Shown: piece after piece, positions 14,659 through 22,408 of the stretch | How positions within the stretch are numbered: position 1 is the first letter of the stretch | Layout: every line of letters starts with the position of its first letter | Virus record (IMG/VR): IMGVR_UViG_3300044724_006620 | Location: 1-25,864 of that record | DNA: 25,864 nt | From: a virus | Lineage: Duplodnaviria; Caudoviricetes | Strand: one strand, 5' to 3' | Notes under the pieces: generated by a model | What the model saw: the letters and a program-made list of their open reading frames with translations, nothing else | Told to the model about the DNA's origin: nothing | The model's database searches: none | Made by a program: the position numbers and the translations under genes

Positions 14659-16713
14659 TCAGCTCCTGCGCCCGGTCACCCTATCACCGCGGAGCGCACT
14701 ACCGAGCGGCGTCGGTGCGCTGATGTTGTCTTGGACGAACTCGTCGAAGACCCGATGCCGGTAGACCATCTGCACAACCATCGGACCACCGGCGCCGCGT
14801 CCGCTGTTAAGCGCGTTGACGCCGCCCTCGCCGATGTTGGCAACCGCCTCGCGGGAAAGGATCGCCTCACCGGGGAGGACTGCCGCGGCGACCTGGTCGC
14901 CGGTGCCGGCGTTGATGATGCCGCCTCGGTCGAATGTCGGCGGCTTTGCGCTCGCGACTGCGATGGTCTGTGCCGCTGCCGTGCTCGCAACGCTTGCGGC
15001 CTGAATGACGTTGAGCGGCGGCGGCAGGCTCGCCGCGGTGACGAGTCCCTCTGCGAGTCGGAGTGGGATCGTCGCGAGCGCGAGCGCCTTCGAGAACGCG
15101 AAAAGCGTTGCGGCGTTTTTCTTGGCGCCCTGTCCGCCGGCCTCGGCCATCGCGGTAGCAGCGGTGCCGGCGAGGCTCGAGAGGCTATCGAACGCCTCCG
15201 CGGTCGTGCTGATGATCTGCTGCTGCATTGCGAGCGCGGCCTCTGCCTCCTCGCGCATGCGCTCCATCTTCTCCTCGTGGAGTTTCTCCTCGAGCGCCGC
15301 AAGCGCGATCAGTCGCTCACCGTCTGCGGCTGCCATCGCGGCGCGGAGCTGCTCTGCATCTGCGTCCGCCTCGAGCGCGGCCTCGATGACGTCTGTTTCT
15401 CGGATGTACGCAAGCTCAATCTTTGCGCGCTCCGAAAGACGCGCCTCGGACGCCTTGCGCTGCGCGGCCCGTAGCCGCTCCAGATCGCGGATCGCGGCGT
15501 CGGTGGCCTCGGTGCCGGCTGCGACCGTCGGAGCGCCTGAGTCGCCCTCTGCCGCCGCGCCTGGTACGCCTCTGACGCGCTGCGGTCCGCCCGCGGTCGT
15601 CTGGTTGAGGAGCCCGATCGCCTTGTCCGACTCCTCTGCGGCCTCGCCTGCCGCCTCGATCGCGTTGGTGAGGAGCCGGTATTGCATGACACCGGGAACC
15701 ATGCCGAGCGCACCGTTGAGGAGCTCCTCCTGATTGCGCTGGAGAGCCCGGAACGCTCCGCCGAGATTGCCCTGCGAGAGCTCGTAGGCGACCTCGGCAA
15801 GCGGTCCGGCGAAATTCTGTACCTGCTCGCCGATGGTGTCGAAGACAGAGCCCGCGACGCGCCCAAAGATGATCACCGCGCGAATCGCCAGCTCGAAAAC
15901 CTCATTGATCCCGCCTGGACCTCCAAGGCTGTCGACGAACTCGAAAAGCGCGCCCTGTGAGACGGTCGAGAGCGTCGCGATCGATCGCTGGAACTGCGCA
16001 GCGCTCGCGGCTGCCTTCGGCCCGACGTCTACGCCAAACTCGGTCGCGAGCTGGACGAACGCGTCGAGGTTGTCGATCGCGCCCGACTGGATGAACGCCG
16101 GCCCGGCCTTCAGTCCGAAAATGTCCATCGTCGTCGCGGCCTTCTCGGCCTGATTCTCGATCGCTGCGAGTGCCTCGAAGGTCTCGCGCAGCACTTCGTC
16201 AGAGCTGCGGAGGTTGCCCTCGACGGTCTCAACATCGACCCCGAGCTTCTCGAACGCGCGCGCGGCCGGGCCGGCTCCTCGGGCTGCGTCGGACATGGCC
16301 TTCGGGAGCTTTCCGAGACCGGATTCCAGCTTCGAGAACTCGAGCCCACTGCCCTCCGCCGCCAGGCGCAGACCGGCGAGCGTTTCAACCGCGACACCGG
16401 TCCGGGCGCTTGCGTCCGCGAGCTCGTTTTGCAAGTCCGCAAACGCCTGCGAGAGTGCGACCACCGAGGCCGCTGCTCCGAGGATGGCGGCGCCTGCCAT
16501 CGCAGCCGAGTCGGCCATCTGCTTAAATTGCCGCTTGTTTGCCTTCGCTGCTCGAGCTGCTGCTCTCTCTGCCTGCTTGAATCCGGTGTTGAGCTCCTTG
16601 ACCATCTGCGCGGCTTCTTTCTTCGTGACGCCGTCGAGCGTCGCGAGCTGCCGCTTTAGGTCACCGAGCTCCGCCTGGAAGCTAAGGGAGATCGTCTCGC
16701 GTCCTGCTGCCAT
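14659..16713 (-). CDS. Tail tape measure protein (684 aa)
   Basis: Ala-rich helical sequence, motif LADASARTGVAVETLAGLRLAAEGSG, C-terminal PTFDRGG...AVLPGEAILS, and position in the tail operon. Confidence 0.92.
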   Translation of the reverse strand: MAAGRETISLSFQAELGDLKRQLATLDGVTKKEAAQMVKELNTGFKQAERAAARAAKANKRQFKQMADSAAMAGAAILGAAASVVALSQAFADLQNELADASARTGVAVETLAGLRLAAEGSGLEFSKLESGLGKLPKAMSDAARGAGPAARAFEKLGVDVETVEGNLRSSDEVLRETFEALAAIENQAEKAATTMDIFGLKAGPAFIQSGAIDNLDAFVQLATEFGVDVGPKAAASAAQFQRSIATLSTVSQGALFEFVDSLGGPGGINEVFELAIRAVIIFGRVAGSVFDTIGEQVQNFAGPLAEVAYELSQGNLGGAFRALQRNQEELLNGALGMVPGVMQYRLLTNAIEAAGEAAEESDKAIGLLNQTTAGGPQRVRGVPGAAAEGDSGAPTVAAGTEATDAAIRDLERLRAAQRKASEARLSERAKIELAYIRETDVIEAALEADADAEQLRAAMAAADGERLIALAALEEKLHEEKMERMREEAEAALAMQQQIISTTAEAFDSLSSLAGTAATAMAEAGGQGAKKNAATLFAFSKALALATIPLRLAEGLVTAASLPPPLNVIQAASVASTAAAQTIAVASAKPPTFDRGGIINAGTGDQVAAAVLPGEAILSREAVANIGEGGVNALNSGRGAGGPMVVQMVYRHRVFDEFVQDNISAPTPLGSALRGDRVTGRRS

Positions 16714-17235
16714 TTAGAGCACTCCTCGGAGGACTGCGACGAGGTCGGCCTCCAGCTCGCGCGAGAGCGTCCGCGCCATTTTGCGGCCTGGTGTCCGCAT
16801 CTGCCGGACGAATGCCGAGCGCTTCGTCCCGACCTTGCGCTGCGCTGCATACCGATCGAACGGGACGCCGTCGCGCCAGATATGCCGCGCACGCTGCTCG
16901 GCGGTCGTCTCGCCCGTCATCACCGACTTGATGTAATAGCCGTAGGGCGCGGTGTTGTAGACGGTCGCGATGATCTTCGATCCGGTGAGCGTCATCCGGG
17001 TCCCGAACAGCTCTACCGAGTGCTTCTGCCCGTGCTTCTTGCGCGTCGGGTTGCCCTTGGTGTTCCGGTCGACTGGCCAGCCGTCTTTAGCTTCCGCCTC
17101 GAGCTTCTCAACGGCCTTTTGCATGTCGTCGATGACCTTGCGGAGCCGAGCCGAGCGCGGGTCGACCGAGTCGCGCAGACGCCGGAGGACCTGTTGCGAC
17201 TGGATGGTGACGCCGCCGGTGATCGCTGGTGCCAT
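16714..17235 (-). CDS. HK97 gp10-like basic tail-completion protein (173 aa)
   Basis: Start reassigned to ATG 17235; motifs AKDGWPVD and VYNTAPYGYYI; strongly basic. Confidence 0.6.
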   Translation of the reverse strand: MAPAITGGVTIQSQQVLRRLRDSVDPRSARLRKVIDDMQKAVEKLEAEAKDGWPVDRNTKGNPTRKKHGQKHSVELFGTRMTLTGSKIIATVYNTAPYGYYIKSVMTGETTAEQRARHIWRDGVPFDRYAAQRKVGTKRSAFVRQMRTPGRKMARTLSRELEADLVAVLRGVL

Positions 17236-17239
17236 ACTG

Positions 17240-17467
17240 CTACCCGCCCGTCCAGAATCGCTCGCCCTCGGTGGTTGCAGTGTACCGCTTCCGGGGCTTC
17301 TGCGCCTTCGTAGCCTTCTGCATGGCACGGGCTCGGAGGTTGGAGTCGGCGAGCATGGCGATCCGGTCCTCCTTCGGGAGCGCTCGCCATTCCGGCGGCG
17401 TGATGCTGTAGTCGCGGCATACGGCGAGGATGGCCCGGTCTATTCCTCCTCGCCGCTCGAGAAACCC
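17240..17467 (-). CDS. -1 frameshift extension of the tail assembly chaperone (gpGT-like)
   Basis: Slippery G GGT TTC at 17467-17461. The -1 frame is open for 75 codons (GFLERRGGIDRAILAVCRDYSITPPEWRALPKEDRIAMLAD...FWTGG*) and ends 4 nt before the next ATG. Confidence 0.85.
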   Translation of the reverse strand, partial: GFLERRGGIDRAILAVCRDYSITPPEWRALPKEDRIAMLADSNLRARAMQKATKAQKPRKRYTATTEGERFWTGG

Positions 17468-17793
17468 TCGGCTGCCTCGACCTCCTCGCCTGTGATCAAG
17501 CCCTCACCGCAGAGGCGCCAGGCGACGAGACCGGCGCCGATGACCTCGGGAAGCGGGACGCCTCGCGCGACGAGCTCGTCGAGGACTGCGCCGCCGAACG
17601 CGAGCGCGTCGAAGCGGTGCCGCGCGAGCTGCGTCCGGGGCTTGTTCTTGCCAGCCCAGCAAAGCGCCAGAGCGGCAGCAAACGCGCGGTTTGGGTTCGA
17701 GGTCGCGGCGCTGTAGACGTCCCACCGAGCCGAGGCCGATGCCGGCGCCTCGAGCGGGACGTCTACGCCTGCGAGCGTAACGGTCGTTGTCAT
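17440..17793 (-). CDS. Tail assembly chaperone (gpG-like)
   Basis: Follows the tail tube gene, 117 aa, slippery heptamer six codons before the stop. Confidence 0.85.
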   Translation of the reverse strand: MTTTVTLAGVDVPLEAPASASARWDVYSAATSNPNRAFAAALALCWAGKNKPRTQLARHRFDALAFGGAVLDELVARGVPLPEVIGAGLVAWRLCGEGLITGEEVEAAEGFSSGEEE

Positions 17794-17822
17794 GGTGCTC
17801 TCTCTCTGCCCTCGAGGGGCTC

Positions 17823-18317
17823 TCAGGTCATCGTGACGGCGCCGTAGACGGTGCCGGAGATCGTGACGGTATCGGGCTCGCCCTCGGCGATTGCCATGGT
17901 GCAGTGGACGTCGTCGAGCGTGATCGTGTGGTCCGCGGCGTCGCCGAGATCGGTGCCCTCGACGGTGAGCGTGATCTTGACGGCGTAGACGTCGGAGCCA
18001 GACAGGGTCGACACGTTTGCCGAGTAGCTCGCCTGCTTGAGCACGAAGTCGACAAGGGTGCCGTCGGTGCCGTCGGAGAGGTCCGCAAGCTGTGCCGAGA
18101 ACGTGACAGTCGGGAACTCCCGAGCGGCGAGACGAACCGAGTGCAGAGATCCGCGCGTCTGGTACGCCTGGACGCCGCGGCTGCTCTCCTGGAGCGTGTC
18201 CAGCGAGAGGTCGCCGACGGTGAACGGGATCGCGAGGCTCACTGCGGTCGGCGTGGTGCCGTCCTCGACAGTGATCGAGCCATCGTAAAGGTGCTTGATA
18301 ACGGTGCTTGCGGCCAT
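17823..18317 (-). CDS. Major tail (tube) protein
   Basis: 164 aa, acidic and Thr-rich beta protein, AGGAG RBS, directly upstream of the frameshifting chaperone. Confidence 0.82.
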   Translation of the reverse strand: MAASTVIKHLYDGSITVEDGTTPTAVSLAIPFTVGDLSLDTLQESSRGVQAYQTRGSLHSVRLAAREFPTVTFSAQLADLSDGTDGTLVDFVLKQASYSANVSTLSGSDVYAVKITLTVEGTDLGDAADHTITLDDVHCTMAIAEGEPDTVTISGTVYGAVTMT

Positions 18318-18326
18318 TGTTGGCTC

Positions 18327-18764
18327 CTACTGGAAAGCGAGCCGGTGGATAGCTCGGAAGGTGATCACGGAGAGGAGGAACTCGAACTCGGTTGTCGGCT
18401 CTCGGGCGGCGCTCTCGAAGACGATATGAAGATCCGTCCGGGTGATGCCCTCGACGGTCGTGATCGCGAGCGCCTCGAGCGCAAGCAGGGCGTCGAAGTC
18501 CGCGACCTGGTTGTCCGCTCGGTGGTTGCCGGCGACCTTGACCTCAATCGTCGTGTTGACGAGCGCGCCCTCTGTGAGCCGCTGCCGCTGCGACGTCGGA
18601 TGCACTCCGGTGAGCGGAGCTCCAACCGCGCATGCGCCGTGCATGAGCAAGCGCGCATCCATGCCGAACAAGTCCGGGTGAAAACGCGACTTGGTAAAGC
18701 TCGGCGACGCGACGAGCGCGGCCTCTACGCGCTGCCGGACGGCGGCGACGGTGAGCGCGCTCAT
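18327..18764 (-). CDS. Putative tail terminator or neck protein
   Basis: 145 aa alpha/beta protein directly upstream of the tube gene; ATGA overlap. Confidence 0.6.
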   Translation of the reverse strand: MSALTVAAVRQRVEAALVASPSFTKSRFHPDLFGMDARLLMHGACAVGAPLTGVHPTSQRQRLTEGALVNTTIEVKVAGNHRADNQVADFDALLALEALAITTVEGITRTDLHIVFESAAREPTTEFEFLLSVITFRAIHRLAFQ

Positions 18765-19516
18765 CGGACCGACCTGCTACGCCCGCCACACATCCAGAGC
18801 GTGCCGTGGCCTCGACGGCGTCGGACGTCGTCGGCGTGTCCGTCCTCGTCCGAGTCGTACCGGAACGTCAGACGGCGCCAGGTGTGCTCGTACTGCCGCC
18901 GGTACTGCTGCGCGCGTGCCTCGTATGCTTCGTTGAGGCGCGTCGAGAGATCCTCGAAGACCATTGCGAGCGTCAGCTCGAGGTGCGGACCGCGCAGAGC
19001 CGTAGGCGACAGAATGAGCGCGGGCCGGTTGCCTTCCTGGATCAGTCGCTGCGAGATTTCGATCCAAGCCTCGTCGCGGAACGTCTGGAAGGTTGTGAGG
19101 CTTGTGATCGGCGTAGTGCCCGCCGGGTCGAGGCTCGAGACGCGCTTAAAGAGGTCCGGATCGGTGAGCACCGGGTAGAGCGCAGCGCGAACGAGCATCG
19201 CCTCGTTCGAGAACTCGAAGACGTCGCCGTCGACGGTGACGATGTAGGAGATCCGCCAACCGTCACCGAGCGTCTCGGAGCTCGTAGATGCGCCCGTGAC
19301 AGTAACGGTGCCGAGCTTGTTGCCGTCCGAGAGGACTACAGTCGGTGTCGAGAAGACGGTGCCGTCGGGCCGGTAGATCGTGGCGCTAGCGCTCGACATG
19401 TTCTGCCGCGCGCCGTTGAAGTAGACCTCCAGCACGGCGTGCGAGTCGCGCCCCTTGACGATCAGGTCAGGCAGAGCGAATCGGGCCGCGTGGAAGATCG
19501 TACCGTTGTGCGCCAT
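18761..19516 (-). CDS. Putative head-tail adaptor with N-terminal beta-sandwich domain
   Basis: Beta-rich first ~105 aa, helical C-terminal half ending Y..RA..Y...Y...W..L.F.YD; lies between capsid and tail genes. Confidence 0.6.
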   Translation of the reverse strand: MAHNGTIFHAARFALPDLIVKGRDSHAVLEVYFNGARQNMSSASATIYRPDGTVFSTPTVVLSDGNKLGTVTVTGASTSSETLGDGWRISYIVTVDGDVFEFSNEAMLVRAALYPVLTDPDLFKRVSSLDPAGTTPITSLTTFQTFRDEAWIEISQRLIQEGNRPALILSPTALRGPHLELTLAMVFEDLSTRLNEAYEARAQQYRRQYEHTWRRLTFRYDSDEDGHADDVRRRRGHGTLWMCGGRSRSVR

Positions 19517-19519
19517 CTG

Positions 19520-19660
19520 CTACCTCTTCTGCCGCCGATCGGCCTGCTGCGCCTGCTTGACGGCCTCGCGACGCGCGTCGGAGCTCGACACGCCCTGGTC
19601 GCGGAGCCGCTTCTCGAACCGGTCGCGCGCCTCGCGAATGCTCTTGTCTTCGCCGCTCAT
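19520..19660 (-). CDS. 46-aa charged helical protein
   Basis: Not in the ORF track at this start: MSGEDKSIREARDRFEKRLRDQGVSSSDARREAVKQAQQADRRQKR*. ATGA overlap upstream; stop 3 nt before the next ATG. Confidence 0.75.
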   Translation of the reverse strand: MSGEDKSIREARDRFEKRLRDQGVSSSDARREAVKQAQQADRRQKR

Positions 19661-20316
19661 GCCTTGCCTCGCTTCCGCGTTCCGGTCGGAGCGGGCTCGG
19701 GCTCGCCTTCGACCTTGCTCCAGGCTGCGTCGAGCCGGTCAAGCGCTGCGTCGATGCGCTCGACGTCCTGTGCGGCGTACTTGTTGAGGTCGGCCTGTAC
19801 CGCCTTGCGCGATCGGCTTGTCATGAGCTGGTCGCGGAGCAGGTCGACAATCGCCGGATCAGGCGGAGCGATGTAGCCCTCTGCCATGAGATGACGGAGC
19901 CAGGCGTTGTATCCGTCTGCGTCGGTGACCCAAGTCACACGCGAGCCGATAGACCGCGGCTGCTCCCAGGCGGAAACGTGGATCGGACCGGCTCGCCCGT
20001 CGAAGACGCGAACGTAGCCGGCGATCCCGTCGGGCGTCATGCTCGAGGGGCATGCCTCGGGAGGAATCAGCGTCCAACCGCCCTTGCGAGCGTTGACCTC
20101 TGCGCGGGTCGTGTCGCCATAGTTGTCGACGTTGTTGACGCCGGGCGCGTGGCTCATGGTCGCGAGGACCGGCAGGAGCTCGCCGTTGACCTCGTGCCAT
20201 CGAGCCGGATGATGGATGAAGGTGAAGTCGGCGCGCGGCGCCTCGTTGAGAACCTTCGCGGGTCCGCTGGTGCGGCGGATCGGTGCTCGTCCGCCTCCGA
20301 TAAAGTCCGTCGGCAT
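19657..20316 (-). CDS. Hypothetical head-region protein (219 aa)
   Basis: First gene after the capsid; CAGAGAGAG RBS-like motif; globular composition with a basic tail. Confidence 0.75.
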   Translation of the reverse strand: MPTDFIGGGRAPIRRTSGPAKVLNEAPRADFTFIHHPARWHEVNGELLPVLATMSHAPGVNNVDNYGDTTRAEVNARKGGWTLIPPEACPSSMTPDGIAGYVRVFDGRAGPIHVSAWEQPRSIGSRVTWVTDADGYNAWLRHLMAEGYIAPPDPAIVDLLRDQLMTSRSRKAVQADLNKYAAQDVERIDAALDRLDAAWSKVEGEPEPAPTGTRKRGKA

Positions 20317-20319
20317 CGT

Positions 20320-20414
20320 GCTCTCTCTGCTTCGGGTTGGTGTTGAGGGTGAATGGACCGGGGCCAGGCCGGGACCGAGAGAGAGCGAGAAGCCCCCGCC
20401 CGGCCCCGACCCGG
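20320..20414 (-). promoter_or_regulatory. Post-capsid hairpin whose loop is complementary to the next RBS
   Basis: Arms 20414-20399 and 20373-20358 (GGCCGGG/CCCGGCC core). Loop GCTCTCTCT (20386-20378) is the perfect complement of AGAGAGAGC (20328-20320). Confidence 0.6.
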
Positions 20415-20419
20415 AGGGA

Positions 20420-21349
20420 TCACGCGTCAGTGATGATGCTGACGCCCATGCCGTCCTGCAGCTTGGCGATTCCGAAGTAAGAATTGCCTGTGATTGCGGT
20501 CAGAGCGCTCGCGCTGTTGCGCTCGTACTCGACGGCGATCACGGTGCCGGCGGGGAACTGGAGAGCGCCGCCGAGAGCTGCAATCGGACGGACGGAGCCC
20601 TCGGCCATGCCGATAGCGCCGTACCCCATCATAGCGCCGGCGCGGTCGGCGCCTGCGTTCGCGGTCGGCACCTTCGAGGACTTGTAGAGGTCCACGCCCA
20701 TAAAGGATCCGGCGTAGCCCTGGCCCTTCGCAGCGAGCATCTCGACGGTTGCCGGGCTGAACGCGATCGCGTTGCTGGCCTCGGCGCGGATGCTGTTCTG
20801 CAGGTCGGTGAGCTGCACGGGGTGCAGGACTGCGACGTAGGGGGTCTGCACCGACGCCTGCTCGAGAGCGAACAGAGCCGAGAAGAAGTTATCGACGGTC
20901 ATGTCGCTGCCGGAGGTGCCGACAGTCGTCGTGAATCCGTCGATCGTGTTGCAGATCGCGTTGGTCACGGCCATCTCGTAGGCGCCGACCATGTCAGCGG
21001 CGAGGCGCTCGACATTGAGGCCGACCGAGTCGGTCATGTTGGCGAGGTCGGAGATCTCGCGGCGGAGTGCGTAGCGGGCGATCGTGATGTCCGCGGAGCT
21101 GTCGGTGAGCGGCGTGTTCACCGCGGCGGTAGCCTCCGCGGCAGGCGCCGTCATGAGGTCGTACCCGTCGAGACCGGCCTGCGGCACGGAGAGCACGGCG
21201 CTACCACGCCCGGCGATGTTGCCGGCCTGGAAAATCGCGGGGTGGTTGCGGAGCGAGAACCGGTCAGCCAGGAGGAGCTGGATCTCGTTGTTCAAAATCT
21301 TGGCCAGGCGCAGATCGCCAAGCCCGCTGTACAGCACTTCGTCGGCCAT
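20420..21349 (-). CDS. Major capsid protein (309 aa, HK97 fold expected)
   Basis: Follows the scaffold; has its own promoter and GGAGG RBS; capsid-like segments YVAVLHPVQLTDL and GSFMGVDLYKSSKVP. Confidence 0.88.
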   Translation of the reverse strand: MADEVLYSGLGDLRLAKILNNEIQLLLADRFSLRNHPAIFQAGNIAGRGSAVLSVPQAGLDGYDLMTAPAAEATAAVNTPLTDSSADITIARYALRREISDLANMTDSVGLNVERLAADMVGAYEMAVTNAICNTIDGFTTTVGTSGSDMTVDNFFSALFALEQASVQTPYVAVLHPVQLTDLQNSIRAEASNAIAFSPATVEMLAAKGQGYAGSFMGVDLYKSSKVPTANAGADRAGAMMGYGAIGMAEGSVRPIAALGGALQFPAGTVIAVEYERNSASALTAITGNSYFGIAKLQDGMGVSIITDA

Positions 21350-21431
21350 GGTGGACCTCCATAAGAACGTGCGAGGGTGGAGCGGTTGACGAGCCCTCGC
21401 GCGTTTTACGGGGTGCGACCCGAGGCTCTAC
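21350..21431 (-). promoter_or_regulatory. Structured 5' leader of the capsid mRNA
   Basis: CGGG-TCGCAC-CCCG-TAAAAC-GCGCGA compact pseudoknot-like element, plus mutually exclusive stems GAGCCTCG/CGAGGGCTC and GCGAGGG/CCCTCGC. Confidence 0.5.
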
Positions 21432-21437
21432 CCGGGA

Positions 21438-21466
21438 AGCCTACAACCTCCCGAGCGGCCTGTCAA
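21438..21466 (-). promoter_or_regulatory. Sigma70-type promoter for the major capsid gene
   Basis: Perfect TTGACA (21466-21461), N17, TAGGCT (21443-21438), in the intergenic gap just after the scaffold stop. Confidence 0.78.
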
Positions 21467-21471
21467 CGCGA

Positions 21472-22029
21472 TCAGATGAGCGACGTGCCCTTGAAGCGGT
21501 CCCGGTGCTGCCGGTACTGCTCGAGGCTCATGCTCATGACGTCGACCGCCTTCGGTGCGGCCTCGAACGCCTCCGCGCCCTGGTTTGGGTTCGGTGCCGG
21601 TGCTGCCTGCGGTGCTGCCGCCTGCGGAGCCGGAGCCGGTGCCGGTGCGAGGTGAGGACGGAGGACGAGCGGCGCCGCGTTCGGATCCGACTTCCACGCC
21701 TCGAGCGCTTCCGGGAACGCGGGCCGGTCTGCTTCGGGGAGTCGGTTGTAGGCCCACCGCGCGGCCTCGTAGAGCTCGGGGTCGGTGACGCCGATCCGCG
21801 CTGCCGCCTGGTATTCGGTGAGTCCCTGCGCTGCCTGCCGAGCTGCCTGGTTGGCGGCCTCGAGCTGCTGCGCCAGGGTGTCCGCAGTCGCGGCGCGCTC
21901 GGTGAGGGTCTGCGCCTCGGCCTCGAGCTCCTTGATCCGCGCCTCGAGCTCCAGTCGCTTGTCGTTGACCTCGCGGAGCCGGTGGATCGGAACGAGCTGC
22001 TCGTTCTCCGTCTTGGTGTCTTCGCTCAT
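21472..22029 (-). CDS. Capsid scaffolding protein (185 aa)
   Basis: Start reassigned to ATG 22029 (ATGA overlap, AGGAGAGAG RBS). VP..RL.EV coiled-coil N-terminus, Pro/Ala linker, C-terminal MSLEQYRQHR helix. Confidence 0.82.
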   Translation of the reverse strand: MSEDTKTENEQLVPIHRLREVNDKRLELEARIKELEAEAQTLTERAATADTLAQQLEAANQAARQAAQGLTEYQAAARIGVTDPELYEAARWAYNRLPEADRPAFPEALEAWKSDPNAAPLVLRPHLAPAPAPAPQAAAPQAAPAPNPNQGAEAFEAAPKAVDVMSMSLEQYRQHRDRFKGTSLI

Positions 22030-22406
22030 TGCTCTCTCCTGAGATGGCGCATTAGCGCCCGGTTGCGCGGCCCTCGGGACCACGTTTCGAACCATTCCGC
22101 GTCGTAGCGGCGAAGCTCGCGGATCGCCCAGCGTCCGCCGGCATCTCCGCCCCACGCATGCCACGCGACCCAACCCTTACCGCGCTCGCTCCACGTCTCG
22201 CCCTGCTTGTCGACGAGGTGCCGCGAGAGGTAGCCGAGCATCCGTCGGAGCGTCGCGATCGAGACGTTGCGGCGGTTGGAGAGGTCGCGAGCTCGAGCCA
22301 GACCGACCGGCGTGAGACCTCGACGGGACGGAGGCGCGGCCTCGCGGACCTCGAGCGCGCGCGCGGCGGCTCTGGCGACTCCGAGCGGCGGGCGGAACGG
22401 CGGCAC
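22026..22406 (-). CDS. Basic phage head-region protein of unknown function (126 aa)
   Basis: Motifs GLTPVGLARARDL, TLRRMLGYLSRH.VDK and GWVAWHAWGGDAG..W; GTG start 2 nt after the portal stop. Confidence 0.75.
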   Translation of the reverse strand: MPPFRPPLGVARAAARALEVREAAPPSRRGLTPVGLARARDLSNRRNVSIATLRRMLGYLSRHLVDKQGETWSERGKGWVAWHAWGGDAGGRWAIRELRRYDAEWFETWSRGPRNRALMRHLRREQ

Positions 22407-22408
22407 CG

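Noticed and set aside
21580-21650. GCCGGA/GCCGGT and GCCTGCGG short repeats
   Set aside because: They simply encode the Pro/Ala/Gln linker of the scaffold protein.
22030-22173. N-terminal extension of the scaffold ORF
   Set aside because: It overlaps 22026-22406; ATG 22029 has an RBS and an ATGA overlap.
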